Positions 1 to 8,992 of a stretch of DNA of 64,000 bases are shown in pieces. The notes beneath the pieces were generated by a model that saw only the letters and a program-made list of their open reading frames with translations, had not been told where the DNA came from and did no database searches. Source of the DNA: Mantamonas sphyraenae STR306. Taxonomy: Eukaryota > Protista > CRuMs. Location of the stretch: NCBI GenBank assembly GCA_026936335.1, contig JAPMXV010000029.1:558001-622000 (forward strand), written 5' to 3'. The first letter of the stretch is position 1. Each line of letters starts with the position of its first letter. Made by a program: the position numbers and the translations under genes.

Positions 1-1122
1 AGCTGATGCGACGCGACCCCACCCCAGAGCCTCCGCCTCGCACAAGCGAGAAGGAGCAAGGAGCACGTGAACGCCTGGAAGAGGAAGTGGGTAGGTTTTG
101 GAAGCAGCACAGACGCGGGAAACAAGAGAAAGCAGGGGAGACGGCAGCAATTCACGGGAACACTCACGGAACTCACACCGCCCTCTTCCCCCCCCTCCCC
201 CTCACCCCAAACGTTGCACCCACACCCACACACAAACACAGTGCCGTACTTGGCCGAGGGAGACCCGAAGAAACTGTTTACAAACTTGTCGCGCATCGGC
301 AAGGGTGGGTTTGGCGAGGTGTTCTTGGCAACAAGCTGCCTGGAGGGAAGGGATGGGCAGACGGTAGCACTGAAGCAGATGGAGTACAAGAGCGCACGAG
401 ACCTGAAGTACATTGTGAACGAAATCAAAATGCTGTCGAGCATGGCGCACGAGAACCTGATCGAGTACGTGGGCAGCTGGAAGGGCAAGGGCCAGAAGAT
501 CTGGATGGTGATCGAGTACATGGACGGCGGGACGCTGCAGGACCTGTCGCGAGGCTACAGCATGAGCGAAGGGTCGATTGTGGTTGTGCTCAAGGAAGTG
601 CTCAAGGCCATTGCGTACATGCATTCGATCGACCGTATCCACCGAGACATCAAGAGCGCCAACGTGCTCCTTACGCTGGATGGCAAGGTGAAGTTGTGCG
701 ACTTTGGCCTGTGTGCACCGGCAAGCGAGACGGAAACGACGTCGATGGTGGGATCGCCATACTGGATGTCGCCCGAGGTCATCGCCAAGAAGCCATACGG
801 CAAGGGGATCGACATCTGGGCAGTGGGCATTCTGGCCATCGAGATGGCAGAGGAGAAGCCGCCATACTACGAGTGTGGCCCACTTAAGGCCCTGTACATG
901 ATTGCTACCAAAGGCGTGTCCAAATACTACGAGGATGGCGACTACAGTGTGGAGTTCCGCGACTTTCTGGACGCCTGCCTGAACCCAGATCCCAAACAGC
1001 GTCCCTCGGCAGACGAGCTGCTGCAACACCCGCTCATGGAGAAGACCACATCGCGCCAGAAGCTCATGAGTGCCATCGAGTTTGTGTACGTTGCCCAGAG
1101 CCTGAGCATGACGGGACTGTGA
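1..1122 (+). CDS. STE20/PAK-family Ser/Thr protein kinase (5' end probably outside the window; probable intron ~87-241)
   Basis: ORF 67..1122 has GKGGFGEV, VALK, HRDIKSANVLL, DFG, MVGSPYWMSPE (STE20 G[ST]PYWM signature) and DIWAVGI. Confidence 0.9.
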
Positions 1123-1221
1123 GGGACAAGAAACATTACACCACCAATGGACAAAATGTGTGCCTGTGACGTCCTCTCTCTCGTTGGTCTTTTGTTTGTG
1201 GCAAAATCACACACGGGCGCA

Positions 1222-1749
1222 TCACAGTTCGTCCTCGTCATCGCCGTCGTCGTCGTCGTCACGCTTGCGCTTGTTCGCCTCGAGATCGGCAGCCTTCATC
1301 AGCTTCTTGCGGGGCTTGCGCTGCACAGGCTCCTCCTCCTCCTCCTCATCGTCTTCGTCTTCGTCGTCGTCGTCGTCACCCAGCGCGCCCTGGAGCGCAG
1401 CAAAGTTGGGTGCGGCGGCACGGCGGCGGCGAGGGCCTTCGATGATGTTGGCCTTGTCGAGCTCGAGGTCGCCGCTCTCCAGGGAGGCGTCGCTGAGGTA
1501 GTGGTCGTCCTCCTCATCCTCACTCTTCTTGGCCTTCTTTTTCTTGACCACCTTTTTGGCCTTCTTCTTGGGCGGCGGGGCGGTGGATGTCGATTGCGTT
1601 TCCGACACACTTCCCGTGCTGCTTCCGGCCGCAGCCGTTGTCGAGCCAGCTGACACAGCCTCGGTCGGCTTGGTGCCGGTCTCTGTGGTGGCAGCTGCCG
1701 TTGCGGACGTGGATGTGGTTGTGGTTGTGGTTGTGGTCGATGACGACAT
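1222..1749 (-). CDS. Acidic low-complexity protein with CHZ-like (Chz1/HIRIP3 H2A.Z chaperone) motif
   Basis: ELDKANIIEGPRRRR resembles the CHZ motif (E[IL]D.SNII.sgRR.R); flanked by D/E and K tracts. Confidence 0.55.
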   Translation of the reverse strand: MSSSTTTTTTTTSTSATAAATTETGTKPTEAVSAGSTTAAAGSSTGSVSETQSTSTAPPPKKKAKKVVKKKKAKKSEDEEDDHYLSDASLESGDLELDKANIIEGPRRRRAAAPNFAALQGALGDDDDDEDEDDEEEEEEPVQRKPRKKLMKAADLEANKRKRDDDDDGDDEDEL

Positions 1750-1810
1750 GATCCCGTTTGTGGTTGATGACGCCGCGCCGCCCCACGCAACCTACTTCTT
1801 CATCGACAGA

Positions 1811-2481
1811 ATGGTACGCACGCGCGCAATGCGATTCTATGCACACGTCCCATCACCAGTCACCATCTCTCTCTCTCTCTCTCTCACTCACTCACTCACA
1901 CACACTGTCACACACACACATACTCCGTCGCCCACGCATGACCGGGTGATGCTCGTGACGAACCGCGCGCGGGAAAACTCGCCCGGCTCACAGGCCTCAC
2001 AGGGTGCAAACCTGCAGGAGACCAACAACCAGCTGGTGAGCTGTATCGAGGAGCTGCGGGAAAAGCGCGAGGATTTGTCGCGGCAGATCCTGAGGGAGGA
2101 GGAAGAGCGCAACAAGATCGAGGCAGACATGAAGGTGCTGGGCGAGCGCCTGGCAATGATCAACGAGTCCCTGCAGGTGAAGATTGCAAAGCGAAACGAA
2201 TTTGACAAGATTGTGGAGGATGCACACGTGGCATACAAGCGGGTAGGTGCAGACGAGAAGCGGTTTTTTCGCGCGCGCGCGCGCCAAGTCTCCCGCGCTA
2301 ACACAGACACGCACCCGTCACCCTTTGCGATTGGCAGATCATCGAATCGTCCAACACACTGCTTCAAATTGTACAGAGAGAAAAGAGCTCACTGCTGGGC
2401 CCCGAGGACATGGGGTACGCAGGTGGGAACAGCAGCGGCAGCAGCAGTGGAGGGAGCAGCAGCGCAAGCTTCCGCCACTGA
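1811..2481 (+). CDS. SSNA1: SSNA1/DIP13/NA14 microtubule/basal-body coiled-coil protein (3 exons)
   Basis: ATG(1811)|gtacgc...cacag(1993) gives MASQGANLQETNNQLVSCIEELREKRE...KIAKRNEFDK; a second intron gtaggt...ggcag(2337) gives IIESSNTLL; TGA at 2479-2481. Confidence 0.88.
1866..1920. repeat. (CT)n/(CA)n microsatellite (intronic)
   Basis: ctctctctct...cactcactca...cacacacaca run. Confidence 0.9.
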
Positions 2482-2504
2482 CCTCACCACCATCTCCAAC
2501 TCGC

Positions 2505-3255
2505 TCATTGCAGCGAATCGGCCACCTGTCCTTTCAGAAAGGCGTGGGCGTGCACATCGGGTTCATGCACGCTGATCATATGGCCGTCGGGTGCTCGGAA
2601 TACAGCCGTCTATTTTGTTTGCCGTTGTCAGTGCCTATGCATGGTTTGTGGGACGTCGCCTTCACAGGTGACGTGTCGATGTGTGTCCGTTGACTGGCCT
2701 CTCTCTCGTCCTCTGTCGCCCTCACCTACCTTGCCCATGGGGTCGTACTCGATCCCGCCGTCCAGAACAGCTCCCAGCTGCACCAGTGTGTGCACGCGTG
2801 TGTCCATGTCGTCCACGGTGAAGCACAGCAGAGGAGAATAGCCTGTGCTGCATTGGGCTTCGCTATTCTTGCGCAGGTGCACGTGCAGGTGGGTGTGAGC
2901 GCCAACGTGCGAGCGGGCGTCGGAAACGTGATCACCTCGTTGTTGCGGTAGTGCACGCCCTTACCTCGTCGCAGCCTGCAGTGTCAAGTACGTGCCAACC
3001 TCTGCTTCCACTTCCTGTCCTTTCGATACACCGCCGCGCTTCGACACGCTCGCCAGCTCCGCCAGTGTGTCGCTTTCGTACAACACCTGCAGGCCTACTC
3101 CCTTAGAGTACAGCTGTGTGTGTGACCGCCAACAAAATCGAGTCAGCCTTCGCAGCGTACACCACTGTTCCCAACACGTGAGCTGTGCTCACCTCTACAC
3201 ACGCTGGCACGTCGCGCACAAAGAGCATGGCTCGCGACAACATCGAGATTTGCAT
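2505..3255 (-). CDS. Glyoxalase/VOC-family protein (multi-exon)
   Basis: Spliced pieces MQISMLSRAMLFVRDVPACVE / YSKGVGLQVLYESDTLAEL / GYSPLLCFTVDDMDTRVHTLVQLGAVLDGGIEYDPMGK / TAVFRAPDGHMISVHE match the VOC beta-alpha-beta-beta-beta pattern; GT-AG junctions visible. Confidence 0.8.
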
Positions 3256-3290
3256 TGTCCTTGGCAGTGGGGTGTGCACGAAGGCAGCCC

Positions 3291-3477
3291 ACGCTGACAA
3301 CAACAACAAAAAGGGTGCAGCCAACGATGAAGCTCGGCCACTACACCTGCGGAGTAGGTGAAACTCTCCGCAGGAACCCACGTGTTGCTGTTCGTCGAGC
3401 GTAGTGTGCTGCGTGTCACCAGGCCTGTGCCGAAATCAATCTACACCTCCCACTTCTCCCCATGTCCCCAGTGTCCT
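3291..3477 (-). ncRNA. Putative omegaRNA scaffold, copy 1 (downstream of the Fanzor ORF)
   Basis: Homology starts ~25 nt after the stop codon. Long stem between 3383-3402 and 3291-3308 contains a G-U pair on the minus strand; perfect 9-bp hairpin between 3346-3354 and 3366-3374. This is the canonical position for TnpB/Fanzor omegaRNA. Confidence 0.65.
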
Positions 3478-3502
3478 TTGCCCCTTCTCCTGCTGGCATA
3501 CA

Positions 3503-6500
3503 TCACCTCTTCGTCCCTTGGTTCCTTGCGAGTATTCTCAAACTTCTCCTCCTCTCTGTTCTGCCTGTGCTCTGGTCTTTCGGCTCAGCCTCGATTTCCT
3601 CCTCCTGCGGTTCGTACACTTTGGATAACCGCGCTTTCAGCTCCGCCTGTGCCTCTCTTTTCTTGGCTTTCTTGTTGCAGTTGGGGCTGAACGATGCGGG
3701 TTCTTCGCCAGTGACCCAGATCGTCAACATGCGCAGCAAAATGCCTTGACAACCACGCACGTCTCTGTCGGAGAGCACTGGGAGTCCAAGGTTGTTCTGG
3801 ATATGTGCAAACAGTGCAGTGCGCATATTGTGATGATTCTTGGAGGTGCCACACACGCAGCTCAGGTTGCGATCCCATTTGGACGAACTGTATCCGTGCG
3901 TGCGAGACAATGCACGTCCACACACACAGACACTTGATGTGTGCCATTCCGCAACGTCGATCCACGGCATCTCCTCCGCCACCAACGCATTCACTCGGTT
4001 GCTCAGGCTGAGGCCGCCATAGAACCGGGTTTGGGCCAGGAGGACTGCGTGAGATTTTCCGAATCGCTTGGCGACGTCCTGCGCCAGTGAAGCCAGCTGC
4101 TGTGCATGTTTTCGCAGTACATCCTTCGCATGTCGCTGTTCGATGTCCCATTTTACCTTGTCTTTGTCCCTGTCAAGACCCGTCAGCCGGTGGAGATGGG
4201 CTTTTTGTCGAAGATCAGCATGATTTGGGAACGGCACCTTGTGCTGCAGCAGCTCACCACCAACCCACACGTACAAGCAGTACGTGTCCTTTTCCCTTCC
4301 GATATCGTCAACGAGATAAACCACATCCCGGATCAGATCCAGATCGACGACGCAGTGGTCAAAGGTGCGCGCGAACTTGTTGCCCGTTTTCCCACGCGGC
4401 GTGTCTCGCACCAGCCAGTCGAATCCGCAGTCGAATCCCAGCTCATCGATCACGTCCTTCCCCAGGCCAGCCTGCTTGCCGCGCACGGTCACCCTGACTA
4501 TGTCTTTTGTCAACTGCATCTTCAGTTGGTCCGAGATCCCACTGCTGCGTTCAGCCTCGTTCAGTCGGCCTTCGGCTCGCTGGATGGCTGTTTCGAAGCC
4601 CTTGGTCGGTCTCAACACCTCACGGAGGTTGTTTGTGGCGACAGCGTGTTCTGCAGTGTAGGTGACGACACGGAGCAGTTTGGACGGCGCAACGGTGATA
4701 CCACCGCTCCAGCAGTTCATCAGTGGCCCACACAACCTACTGATCACGGGAGCAAAGTGCATCAGCATGGGTAGGGCTGCCTTGGTGGCCACACACAGAT
4801 CATCATCCATCCTGATCCCAAACACGCGCGACCTCCAGCTCTGTTCGTACCGCTGCACCGCCTTGTAGATGTGTGGGTACAGGTAGGGTGATTGCCGCAC
4901 TTGTTTCCACAGTTCCACGGCTTCGTTCATGGTCTTCAGTGTGCTCTCACCACGGACGAGGCCACGGACGAGCCCCCGGTAGCCACCATCAGCGAACAGA
5001 GAGGGTGTGAAGCAAAACTGCTTCCCGTGTGTCTTGAACTGCGTGCCGGAGGCCATCAGTTGCTGTACGACAGTTTGCTTTGTTGCGATGGGCAGTTCCT
5101 CGTCGTCATCGTCGTGGTCGTCGCTGGCCCGGCGATTCTGGAAAAACGTCTGCAAATGCCAGCGTGTCGTCATGCTGTCGTCCAAACGCTCGTACAGCTG
5201 CTCTCCAGCCTCGCCGTACCTTTGCTGATACTGTTTGTCCACACGTTCGATCCACTCCTTCCTACGCTCTTTCTTTTTCTTGCTCCAGTCCTTGACTGTC
5301 CACGACTTTGTGGCAACCCCATGATGCTGCAGTGTTTTCAATACGCCCTTGATGCTCCAGCGCTCGTACTTTGCAATACAGGCAACGGCCATGGCACGCG
5401 CCTCGGACAAAGTCGAAGGTGCTGTTGCTGATGATTCGCCAATCGTCGACCTCCCGTGTGTGGACGCTGTTGAAGATGAAGACGATGAGGATGATGAGTC
5501 CCCAACGTCCAAGTCAACGAGTGTTGTGGCAACATCCACAATGTGCCCAAAGCGAAGGGCAACGTCGGCGGCCGTCAGTTTCGCCCGCAGCTCGGCTCCA
5601 AGGTGTTTGACCAGGGCGTTACCCATGCCACCCACCAGTTTCGGGATCTGCTTGGCGTTCGGATACAGTTCTTTGGCAGCCAGACGCAGCGACCGCTCTG
5701 CGCTGCCCAACGTCGGCTCGAGCGTTGTTTCAAACTCGGGCAATCGAGCATTGCGTTTCATCCGATTTCCGCGAGCCCCTTGTTCGCGTTCACGGAGAAC
5801 CTGTTCGTCGCCGGCGATGACGGCGTTGATGCGCTTGGTCTCCAACTCCTGTGTCTTGTTCAGCAGCTCGGCGACTGCTACCAGCTCGTCTACAGCTGCA
5901 GACTCAACGGTCGGCGCGAATTGAGACGACGATGCCCCCAAGGAGCGGACCAGCTCGGCCACCTCCTTCCAGCCCAGTTCGCCGACGTCCAGACCCGTGT
6001 CCCTCAGCTTGCCCACCACGTTCTTCCAGGTCTCGTTCTCCTCGTCAGTGCCAGTGCCCGAGTGCGGTTGTGCTGCTGCCTCCGACGGAGCCTCGTCATC
6101 CTCACTCTCTGCCAGGCTTGACACAGCGTTCTTGATGGCGCTGTCAACAAAGTCAGAGGCAGAGGGGAGAAAGCGATTGAACACAACCTCGCGTTTCCTC
6201 TTTCCTTTGCCCACAGTGAGGCTTTGCTGTGGGCACAACGCGAGGTGCGTCGGGATTTCCATGTTCACAGAAACCACCTGCTGGGAGTCCAGCAGATTGA
6301 CTCGCCCTCCACTCTGTGTGCACGCCTGTACCATGCCCTTCAAAGAAACCCAGTCCAGCTCGCCATTGGCCTCGTGGAAGGAGGTAGTCACAACTGCCAG
6401 CGGCGAATCCACGTTGGTGTCGAGAACCGCCACAGGCTGAATGGTGGCCCTCTCCAGCACTGCAGCGTTGCGACAGAGCAATGACGTCTTCTTCTTCATG

Positions 6501-8563
6501 TACGTCAGCTGCAACGCATGTTCAGGATCATCACTGAGGAGTATGTCCAGAACCTCTTTGCGTTGGGCCGGCGTCAGCAGAACAGGGCTCATTCCCGCAT
6601 GCAAGCCACACACAATTGCACCGAGTACTTGGCGCTGGCAATCAACAGGTCGCAAGGTGTACTCGTACATCGCCTTGTCTCCTTCCTGCTTTCCCCGTGG
6701 TTGTTGCTGTCCACCTGCGTTTCCGTACTCGACGACGACACCCTGCACCGCCTGCAGAAACGCTTCCACCGCCTCACTGCCTTGCTGTCCCGCATTCAGT
6801 GTGTTCACCAAGCTTTGCATACGCCGCACGAGCTGTACGAGTTGCTGGATGCACCGCTGCTGACCATCACTTTCGCCGCCGTGCTCGTCGTTGCCATGGG
6901 AGCCCTCGCCTGCGTCTTCCACATCTGCCACTTCGACGTCCTCCGACTCCTCTTGTGTTCTTCCTTCATCGCCTGATGGCGTTTCCTTCACCTCGACGTC
7001 AGTGTCGCTGTCTCCATTGCCGCAAAGATCAGCACTGGGTTGGAAGACCTTTCGCTTCACCGGAGACAGAATACGCACGTCCGATCCAGCTTTGGCGACA
7101 TACAGGCGTGAGGCGATCTTGGGGCAAGCTGTGAACATGTCAACTGGTTCATCGCCGCTCAGAACCGCCGTGGCGTCCTCCACAGATGCCGAGACGATGG
7201 TTGGTAGCGTCCTGAGGAAGTGTGCAGCTGCCTGTGCCTGGGCCAGGTCTCCAAGACCAGAACGTGCAGCTGCACGACGTTGTTTTGAGTTCGGCAGTTT
7301 GATGTCGTGCCACGCAAGAAGGCGCTGTAGGGATTGAGCGGCTCCAAGTTGCTCGCCAGGAACAGATTCTCCTGCGAGAATTGTGCGTAGGGGAGGCTTT
7401 GAACTGAAGAGCAACACCTTCTGGTACTGGCCATGCTCGACAAGCCGTTGGATATACTCCAGCCAAGCCTGATCCAGTACCACGTTGTCGTTGGGGCCGC
7501 GGCAGGAGGCAGTTGTCGCAAACCACTGCACATCAATCAGTAGAACTGTCGAGGATCGGTGAACGAGGGTCGTGAGCGACACGTGTTCCTTCTCTTGTGT
7601 GCCAAAGAGTTCCTGGCACGGTTTGATCCCAGCCACCTTCCCACAGTTGAGTCCCATGTGCATGATGAGTGTCTGGATGCCCTGGTGAGTTGCCAAACCT
7701 CTCTCCACCAGGCTGAGCAGCCTCGATTCGACTGCTTCTCGACCCGATGCCCGCTGGGCATCGACTGTTCCATCGCTAGCGTGCATCTTGGCCTTGCCCT
7801 TGCCCTTATCCATGCCCTTGTCCATGGCCTTGCCCTTGTCCTTGCCCTTGCCTTTGTCCTTGTCCTTGCTTGATGGTGTGTTGGCCTTCCCTTTCCGCTC
7901 TCCAGTGCCCGTTTTTTTGTGTGCCTGTGCAGAATGCGCTTCGTTTCCGGGCGTGCTCGGGTCTGAGGCCTCACCATTTGCCTGTTCCTCACCTCCAATC
8001 CCCGCGTCTCCCGCTTTTGCCGCATCTACTGCTGTCTCATAAACGAACAGGACCTCCTTCAGCGTGGCCACGGCGGCCGTTTTCCACGTGTGTTCGGTCG
8101 ACGCCTCCTTGCCTTTTTGTGCCTGTTCTTTGTCGTCTCTTGCCAAGCCACAGAGCTCATCCCACTGCTGCTGCCAGTCCTTGAGGAGCTGCGGGGTCAC
8201 AAACTGTACAGCCACATCGACCCGAGTTTTGAGACTGCGTGCATGGCGTTTGCCGGTGGCAAACTGCAGCAACCTGCCCAACACGTCCAAATCGAAGCGC
8301 TCAAACGTCTCCCGCACGTTTGTCGCCTCGTTCTCCTCGTCATCTTCTGTATCGTCCTCATCCAGATCGTTTCCCTGCTCGTTGAATTCACCCATGCCAA
8401 GCCTCTCCTTAAAGCCAGGCGATACGGTGACCTCGATCTCCTCGGGCGGCCGCAACACGTCAACGTTTAGACTCCCGTCTTCATTCATGGTGGCGTTGGT
8501 GACCGAAGGTATTGAGCATGCGATGCTTAGCTGCTCTTCCTCGTCCATATCCACAACCTGCAT
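3503..8563 (-). CDS. Giant Fanzor/TnpB-like RNA-guided nuclease (1686 aa; C-terminal RuvC + Zn finger)
   Basis: RuvC-I VYLVDDIG (D1420); no acidic residue at the canonical RuvC-II strand (HAVLLAQT); alternative Glu in VAEWHTSSVCVCG (E1539); second Cys pair LSCVCG; RuvC-III SDRDVRGCQGI (D1601). Confidence 0.8.
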   Translation of the reverse strand: MQVVDMDEEEQLSIACSIPSVTNATMNEDGSLNVDVLRPPEEIEVTVSPGFKERLGMGEFNEQGNDLDEDDTEDDEENEATNVRETFERFDLDVLGRLLQFATGKRHARSLKTRVDVAVQFVTPQLLKDWQQQWDELCGLARDDKEQAQKGKEASTEHTWKTAAVATLKEVLFVYETAVDAAKAGDAGIGGEEQANGEASDPSTPGNEAHSAQAHKKTGTGERKGKANTPSSKDKDKGKGKDKGKAMDKGMDKGKGKAKMHASDGTVDAQRASGREAVESRLLSLVERGLATHQGIQTLIMHMGLNCGKVAGIKPCQELFGTQEKEHVSLTTLVHRSSTVLLIDVQWFATTASCRGPNDNVVLDQAWLEYIQRLVEHGQYQKVLLFSSKPPLRTILAGESVPGEQLGAAQSLQRLLAWHDIKLPNSKQRRAAARSGLGDLAQAQAAAHFLRTLPTIVSASVEDATAVLSGDEPVDMFTACPKIASRLYVAKAGSDVRILSPVKRKVFQPSADLCGNGDSDTDVEVKETPSGDEGRTQEESEDVEVADVEDAGEGSHGNDEHGGESDGQQRCIQQLVQLVRRMQSLVNTLNAGQQGSEAVEAFLQAVQGVVVEYGNAGGQQQPRGKQEGDKAMYEYTLRPVDCQRQVLGAIVCGLHAGMSPVLLTPAQRKEVLDILLSDDPEHALQLTYMKKKTSLLCRNAAVLERATIQPVAVLDTNVDSPLAVVTTSFHEANGELDWVSLKGMVQACTQSGGRVNLLDSQQVVSVNMEIPTHLALCPQQSLTVGKGKRKREVVFNRFLPSASDFVDSAIKNAVSSLAESEDDEAPSEAAAQPHSGTGTDEENETWKNVVGKLRDTGLDVGELGWKEVAELVRSLGASSSQFAPTVESAAVDELVAVAELLNKTQELETKRINAVIAGDEQVLREREQGARGNRMKRNARLPEFETTLEPTLGSAERSLRLAAKELYPNAKQIPKLVGGMGNALVKHLGAELRAKLTAADVALRFGHIVDVATTLVDLDVGDSSSSSSSSSTASTHGRSTIGESSATAPSTLSEARAMAVACIAKYERWSIKGVLKTLQHHGVATKSWTVKDWSKKKKERRKEWIERVDKQYQQRYGEAGEQLYERLDDSMTTRWHLQTFFQNRRASDDHDDDDEELPIATKQTVVQQLMASGTQFKTHGKQFCFTPSLFADGGYRGLVRGLVRGESTLKTMNEAVELWKQVRQSPYLYPHIYKAVQRYEQSWRSRVFGIRMDDDLCVATKAALPMLMHFAPVISRLCGPLMNCWSGGITVAPSKLLRVVTYTAEHAVATNNLREVLRPTKGFETAIQRAEGRLNEAERSSGISDQLKMQLTKDIVRVTVRGKQAGLGKDVIDELGFDCGFDWLVRDTPRGKTGNKFARTFDHCVVDLDLIRDVVYLVDDIGREKDTYCLYVWVGGELLQHKVPFPNHADLRQKAHLHRLTGLDRDKDKVKWDIEQRHAKDVLRKHAQQLASLAQDVAKRFGKSHAVLLAQTRFYGGLSLSNRVNALVAEEMPWIDVAEWHTSSVCVCGRALSRTHGYSSSKWDRNLSCVCGTSKNHHNMRTALFAHIQNNLGLPVLSDRDVRGCQGILLRMLTIWVTGEEPASFSPNCNKKAKKREAQAELKARLSKVYEPQEEEIEAEPKDQSTGRTERRRSLRILARNQGTKR
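7788..7870 (-). repeat. Degenerate coding tandem repeat (KDKDKGKGKDKGKAMDKGMDKGKGKAK)
   Basis: Repeated ttgccc/ttgtcc hexamers within the large ORF. Confidence 0.7.
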
Positions 8564-8685
8564 GCTTAATGTTGGTTTCGGCGCTGCCTTCCTGCCCCGT
8601 CCCGAACAACCACATGGACAAAACCACCCACAACAACCTGCGCGAACAACGTTGTACTTCCGGTGCTATCAAGCAGGGAGGTTGG

Positions 8686-8872
8686 AGGACATGGGGACAT
8701 AGGGAGAAGTCGGAGGGGTAGTTTGATTTCAGGGCTGGCCTGGAGACACCCAGAACGCTACGCTCGACGAAGAGCAACACATGGGGGACCTGTGGAGAGT
8801 TTCACCTACTCCGCAGGTGAAGTGGACGAGCTTCATCGTTGCTTGTACCCTTGCTGTTGTTGTTGTCAGCGT
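8686..8872 (+). ncRNA. Putative omegaRNA scaffold, copy 2 (upstream of and divergent from the Fanzor ORF)
   Basis: About 161/187 identical to copy 1 by manual alignment. Stem between 8760-8779 and 8855-8872; hairpin between 8789-8797 and 8809-8817 in which a C-G pair of copy 1 becomes U-G. Confidence 0.55.
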
Positions 8873-8992
8873 TTATGTCTGTGTGCACAGCCCGCTGCAT
8901 TCAGCTGCACTGGTTCCACCCGGATGTACATTGCTCCCTCCACGCCACTCGAACAACCACCCACACATTCTCATGCTGTGCCTGCAGAGTGA

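Larger units (their letters stand above)
3264..8898. mobile_element. Fanzor-encoding element bounded by long imperfect inverted repeats (no transposase or TSD seen)
   Basis: Inverted repeats 3291-3477 and 8686-8872, plus outer 16-mers 3264-3279 and 8883-8898, enclose a single intronless ORF with a TnpB/Fanzor RuvC; the element sits between two host genes. Confidence 0.75.

Noticed and set aside
3103-3690. Paired small ORFs with similar peptides at both element ends (e.g. ESFTYSAG..ELHR; LLFVERSVL)
   Set aside because: These are translations of the inverted repeat; indels between copies break the frames, so an RNA or repeat explanation is simpler
3921-3932. Partial match of putative guide 2 (tgtctgtgtg) inside the Fanzor ORF
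   Set aside because: It misses the first guide bases, and TG-rich sequence is very common in this genome, so it is likely chance
3257-8905. hAT- or Tc1-type termini (CAGTG at 3265 and CAGCG reverse at 8897)
   Set aside because: The flanking 8-mers (gtccttgg versus cattcagc) do not match, there is no TA duplication, and no DDE transposase is present, so no superfamily is assigned
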